Shown piece by piece: positions 59,651-64,000 of a stretch of DNA of 64,000 bases. Source of the DNA: the human T2T-CHM13v2.0 reference genome, Homo sapiens; the NCBI RefSeq assembly GCF_009914755.1, contig NC_060926.1; one strand, 5' to 3'. A program made the translations under genes and the position numbers. Every line of letters starts with the position of its first letter. The stretch's first letter is position 1. The notes below the pieces were generated by a model. The model had not been told where the DNA came from, ran no database searches, and saw nothing but the letters and a program-made list of their open reading frames with translations.

Positions 59651-61307
59651 TATGTGATTGTTTATTTCTTTAGCCCTCACCTCATTCTAAACTACAAAAA
59701 TAAATAAAATAAATAAATAAATAAATAAGGTTTAAGGCAAGATTATTGTTATTACTGTTAATAGGACACCTGGGCCCTTTCCTCCTTCATGTCAACACTG
59801 AGTCTATGGAGTCCCTCCCCATCCCAGCCCCCATTCACCCCCATGGCCGCAGCTGCTGGGTTCTGCCTTGGCCACTCCTCCAAGTTCCTTCCATAAAGCT
59901 AGTAAAGCATCCAGGAGAGGGATGATGAGGGACCATGTGTAAATGGGAGAAACTTCATTAGGGTAAGGAAGGCATGGGAATCTGGAGGTGGGAAACCATG
60001 ATGTGGCTGACACTGATGCCTGAAGTTATTGAAGGGTGCCTCAGCCCTCCTGGGAAGCAGCAGCTCAGTGTGTGTCTGTCCGTTTCCAAGGGAAAACCTG
60101 GTCCTCTCAATGAGGGGAAAGAGGAGATTCTGCAGCATGTGTGTCCCTGCCGGGCAAACTTTACAGCATCAGGCTCCAAAAGTAGAGCAGGGTGACCCTG
60201 GGGAGCCCTCCCTCCTTCCTCGGCCTGGGATGCCTGCCTGCTGCCTGTGCTGTCTCCTCTGTTCCCCTCTCCTTTCCTGGCTGGAACAGCTGCAGGACAG
60301 GGCCCCCCGGCAGCCATCATCCAGCCTTTCATCTCTATCCTTGTCTCCAGCCTTGCCAGCAACTTAAGCCTAATCATTGCACAATGAAAGGCTGTTTCTC
60401 TCAAATGGATGCAGACATCCTTAGCCTTCAGGGGCAGCCTCTTATTTTGCTCACAGATAAGGCTGTTTATTTTAAAGAAATACTATACTAATAACCCTCT
60501 TGACTTGACAAGGATCCTGGTTGCTATCTCTGTATTGATGGATTGATTGATTCATTCATTCAGTAAGCATTTACTGAGTGCCAGTTCGAGTGTGTGGGTG
60601 AGTCTTAGATTTACTGCCTCCTTGACATCATTCTTTAGAAAGAATTCTTTGACTCTAACTTTTGTTTGCTACCTCAGAATGTTCTGCCTATGCAAAGAAC
60701 AGTTTCAAATCAACCTGGATTCGAGAGCTCATGAAACTGATCCTCAGCCTTCATTTTCAGCCTTTTCCTCAATCCTCCCCTGCACAGCCAGCTGGCTCAG
60801 CACTCTCCCCAGCAGGCCATGCGCTCAAGTGCTTTACCTTCAACATTTTCCCACTGAAGACCCAGCCTTCTCCTCTAGCCAAATTATGGTATGCTACGTA
60901 AAATTCCTTAGAATTCTATTTTAAGTGAATTTCACGTAAGTAAAGCCCATTGTTAATGTCATTGGAAAGGTTATTTTTAAATGAAGAGGTGTGCCATACC
61001 CTGCCAAATGTGATAATGTGTATAGTAGCACCTAGCACAGTGCCTGGTGCATTCTGGATAGACAGTAAATATGACCTGAATGAATGAAAGAATGGGCCTC
61101 ACTGTCTGATGGGATGAGGCTCCCTGAGAAGGAGTGGGGAGTGGTGGCCTCTTTGAGGATGACCAGCAGGCTGTTAAGCAGAAGGCTCCTTCTAGAATTG
61201 TACTTTCCTGAGTACCTAGGACCAGCTTGGGGCCCCTCAGGCATCTGAATTTTTGGACCACTTTGGTTTATATAACCCACTTCTTATCCAGGTTCTGTCT
61301 CTTGACA

Positions 61308-61447
61308 GTTTTTGTTGTTGTTGTTGTTGTTTGTTTGTTTTCTAGGTCTCACTATGTTGCCCAGGCTGGTCTTGAACTCCTGGGCTCAAGCAGTCCTTCT
61401 GCCTCGGCCTCCAGAGTAGCTGGGACCACAGGTGCACCACACCCGAC
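61308..61447 (-). mobile_element. FLAM / Alu monomer
   Basis: (TTG)n tail, ggtctcactatgttgcccaggctggtcttgaactcctgggctcaag. Confidence 0.88.
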
Positions 61448-61692
61448 TTTGGCAGTTTTTTATCATCTCCCAAGTCTTTATTTTCTTGGTAAAATGGTTT
61501 AATAATTGGTATATATACTCATAACTAGTACACAGACTAACACAGTGTGCATGTATACCACCATCAGTGTCATCTGCACCTTTTGTCTCACTGACTCATG
61601 GTAAGACACGGAGCGCTCCACGAGGGGACGCCATGTGTGGAGATGCTGGAGTCTAAGGGTATTGTGATTGGGCAATGGTAAGAACTCCGGGT

Positions 61693-62050
61693 CCCTAAGT
61701 CCATTCCTGCTGCTACAACAAAACACCTTAGAGAGTAATTTATAAATAGCCATTTCCTTTTCACCGTGCTGGAGGCTGGAAGTCCACCATCAAGGTGTCA
61801 GCAGTGAGGGGGGCCTGTTCCTCACAGATGGGGGCTTCTTGATGGGTGCTGGCTGACTCAGCACAGATGGGGGCTCTGATGTGGCAGGGGTGGGGTAGAG
61901 ACGGGAACGCTCTGCAGAAGGAGCGGAAGGGAGGAAACAGCTTCCTCCAGCCTTCTTATAAGGTTATCAGCCCCGTTCCCCTTACGACGGAATCACTTCC
62001 CTGGAGGCCCCCTCTTACTACTGTTGCACCGGGGACTGGGCTTCAATCAG
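61693..62050 (-). mobile_element. MLT1A-type MaLR LTR with an internal duplication
   Basis: gtccattcctgctgctacaacaaaacacc...gctggaggctggaagtccaccatcaaggtgtcagcag; cacagatgggggct at 61823 and 61862. Confidence 0.75.
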
Positions 62051-62054
62051 TAGC

Positions 62055-62450
62055 AGCAGGGGATGCGCGCTCAGACCCAGCAGTCGGCTCTGCCCGCCTC
62101 GCCGGGCTGCACCGAGTCCGCGGGTCTCTAGCGCACGGCCTGGCCCCACGTGCGGCGAGGAGGGCGCAGTGAAGTTCTGCTGTGTGCACCCCCTGCAGCT
62201 CGGCCGGGAAGCGCCCGCTGGAGGAACGGAGAGCGCCGCTTCAGCGTCGGCCACGTGGGCCGGGCTCTGCCGGTGGCAACCTGGACGCGCTGCGGGCGCC
62301 GGCGAGACCTGCGCCAACGCCTACCTCCGGGCCACAGGCGGGATAAAGCTGCCCCACTTTGCCCCCAGCGAAGAGAACCCTCCTTCCTCTAAGTATTTTC
62401 TTCAGCAACTAAGCTTTTCTGTTTGCTCAATTTCTTGTCCCGTGAGCGCT
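62055..62450. promoter_or_regulatory. Small CpG island with CTCF-like motifs and E-boxes
   Basis: The densest non-Alu CpG tract in the window; minus-strand CCTCCAGCGGGCGC (62211-62224) and GCTGCAGGGGGTGC (62186-62199); CACGTG at 62147 and 62252. Confidence 0.75.
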
Positions 62451-64000
62451 ACCACCCACCCCCCGCCACCTTCTTCCCCTCCCCCCACATCCGTTCACTC
62501 TCTTTGACCTTTTGCCAAAACTCTGAACGCTCGCTGCCCTCCCTCCCATTTCCTCACCGCGTTTCAGGAGCTGTAAGTTCTTGGTGTTCAAACCCCCTAC
62601 GGTTACGTAAACAGAACTCTGCAGTTATCTTCTTTCCCTTTCTTCGGAGCTTTGTTTTCAAGTTCATTAGAGACTTCCTGTGGGTGTAATTACCGCTCTG
62701 CAGTTTTGAGCGCTGCCCACCTTCCCCCTGTTTTGTTAAAAATGTCATAGATCTTTGGAGATTTCTTTCACTTCTAAAGTTATTACCTGTCTGCCTGCAC
62801 ATCAATCTTGTTGATTTTATTTCAGGGCATTTTCCGGAGTGAACTTCTGCATAGCGATTTTTTTTGTCCCTCCCCACCCCCTCTTTGTTTTGCAGGAAGG
62901 TGAAATAAGACAGAAGAAAAGGGTTAGAACTTTAGAACTCCAGGACCCAACCTCAGTCCTTTCAAGCACCGTCTGCAAACAGATGCTGTGCTAGACTCAG
63001 CACCCTGTCTGGTGAAACTGCTCCTTGGGGTGACATCGGTCGAATGTGTGAGAGGCTTCAGCGGATGCCCTGACTTTTACACTATGGAAGGGCTTTCTCC
63101 TCACTCTCCATTCTTCATCCCACTCCATCCATGCGCTTTCTCCCCTCCCCATGGGGTGGGGTGGGGGGGTCTTTCCTCCAGCTGAGAGCAGAGGCCTTGG
63201 CCAACTAGATGTGTCTTCTGGGATTTCACAGTCGGGCCACCTCTCACCTCTTGCACAGGCTGGTGGGTTAAATGAAACTCCTGTAGCAACTCACAGAGCA
63301 TTTGATTTAAAGCTAAGATTTATAGGAACTCACAAGTCAGAATGGAACAATAATTTCCCTCCGGTTGCACTGCCACTACTGAGGAGCAATCGCCTAATTC
63401 CACACAGAGTTTGCTGATTCTGTGGGCCTAACAGAGAACTCCAGATGGGCAACTAGGAGCTAAGAAGTGCATCCTATGTCACCAGGAGCTAATTTTCCCT
63501 GGATTTTCAAAGAGGCCTCATATTTGACCCATGTCATGGCAGGGTGAAATATAAGTCCTTCCTGAACCCTTGGAAGCTGAACGTTGTGGACATCAGCCAT
63601 GGGAAATACATTTCCTTTAAACTGATCACCAGGCCTTAGTATGATCCATGCCTTGAGTGGACAGAGACCTTTCATGTTTGGTCATTACTCAGCCAGACAC
63701 TTCTCTGAGAGGTGATGACTTCCCTAGGAAGGAATAACAAAGCCCCTTTCAGGCTGTTGATGGGCCCTGTCCACTTTAATTTTGCATTCAGCCTCGCTCA
63801 TTTCTGTGAGCTGAGATTTTGATTATTCTGATTTCCACGACTCCTTTTGTGAAACAGAGACACTGAGGTGAATGCACGGGCCCAGTCCCCTCCTTTTTGA
63901 GTGTGCCCTCGGAAGCAGAGGCAGGTGGTGTTGCCGAAACACCCAGGTTCTGTCTAGGTCCTGCCGCTCCCTGCACAGAAAGCCAATCACAGAGATGACA

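Noticed and set aside
62151-62169. Plus-strand CTCF-like gcggcgaggagggcgcag
   Set aside because: Matches only the 3' GGCGC half and lacks the essential 5' CC
62018-62507. Overlapping Ala/Arg/Pro/Gly-rich ORFs on both strands
   Set aside because: Stop-codon depletion caused by CpG-island composition

Overview
Repeat-rich, apparently non-coding primate genomic DNA. It is almost certainly human, because it carries an AluYb8 with its diagnostic 7-bp insertion. I count about 35 Alu copies, many with readable target-site duplications (TSDs), plus MIR, L2, L1 (L1MC/L1MB/L1PB/L1ME-like), MaLR/ERVL/ERV1 LTR relics and DNA transposons (MER5, Tigger2a, MER94). I recognise no protein-coding gene, RNA gene or specific locus; the ORF track is explained by repeats and chance. 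The most notable non-repeat signals are regulatory: (i) an old LTR33-like element at ~36.4-36.7 kb that retains CpGs and carries three GTCACRTG boxes, ETS sites and a CCAAT box; (ii) a small CpG island at ~62.05-62.45 kb with tandem CTCF-like motifs, next to an MLT1A that holds an ARE; (iii) a MIR in which hexamer slippage produced a tandem ISRE; (iv) a 12-kb Alu-free interval. I found no convincing novel multi-gene system. Repeat subfamily names come from my recollection of consensus sequences, boundaries are approximate, and all functional claims are inference.
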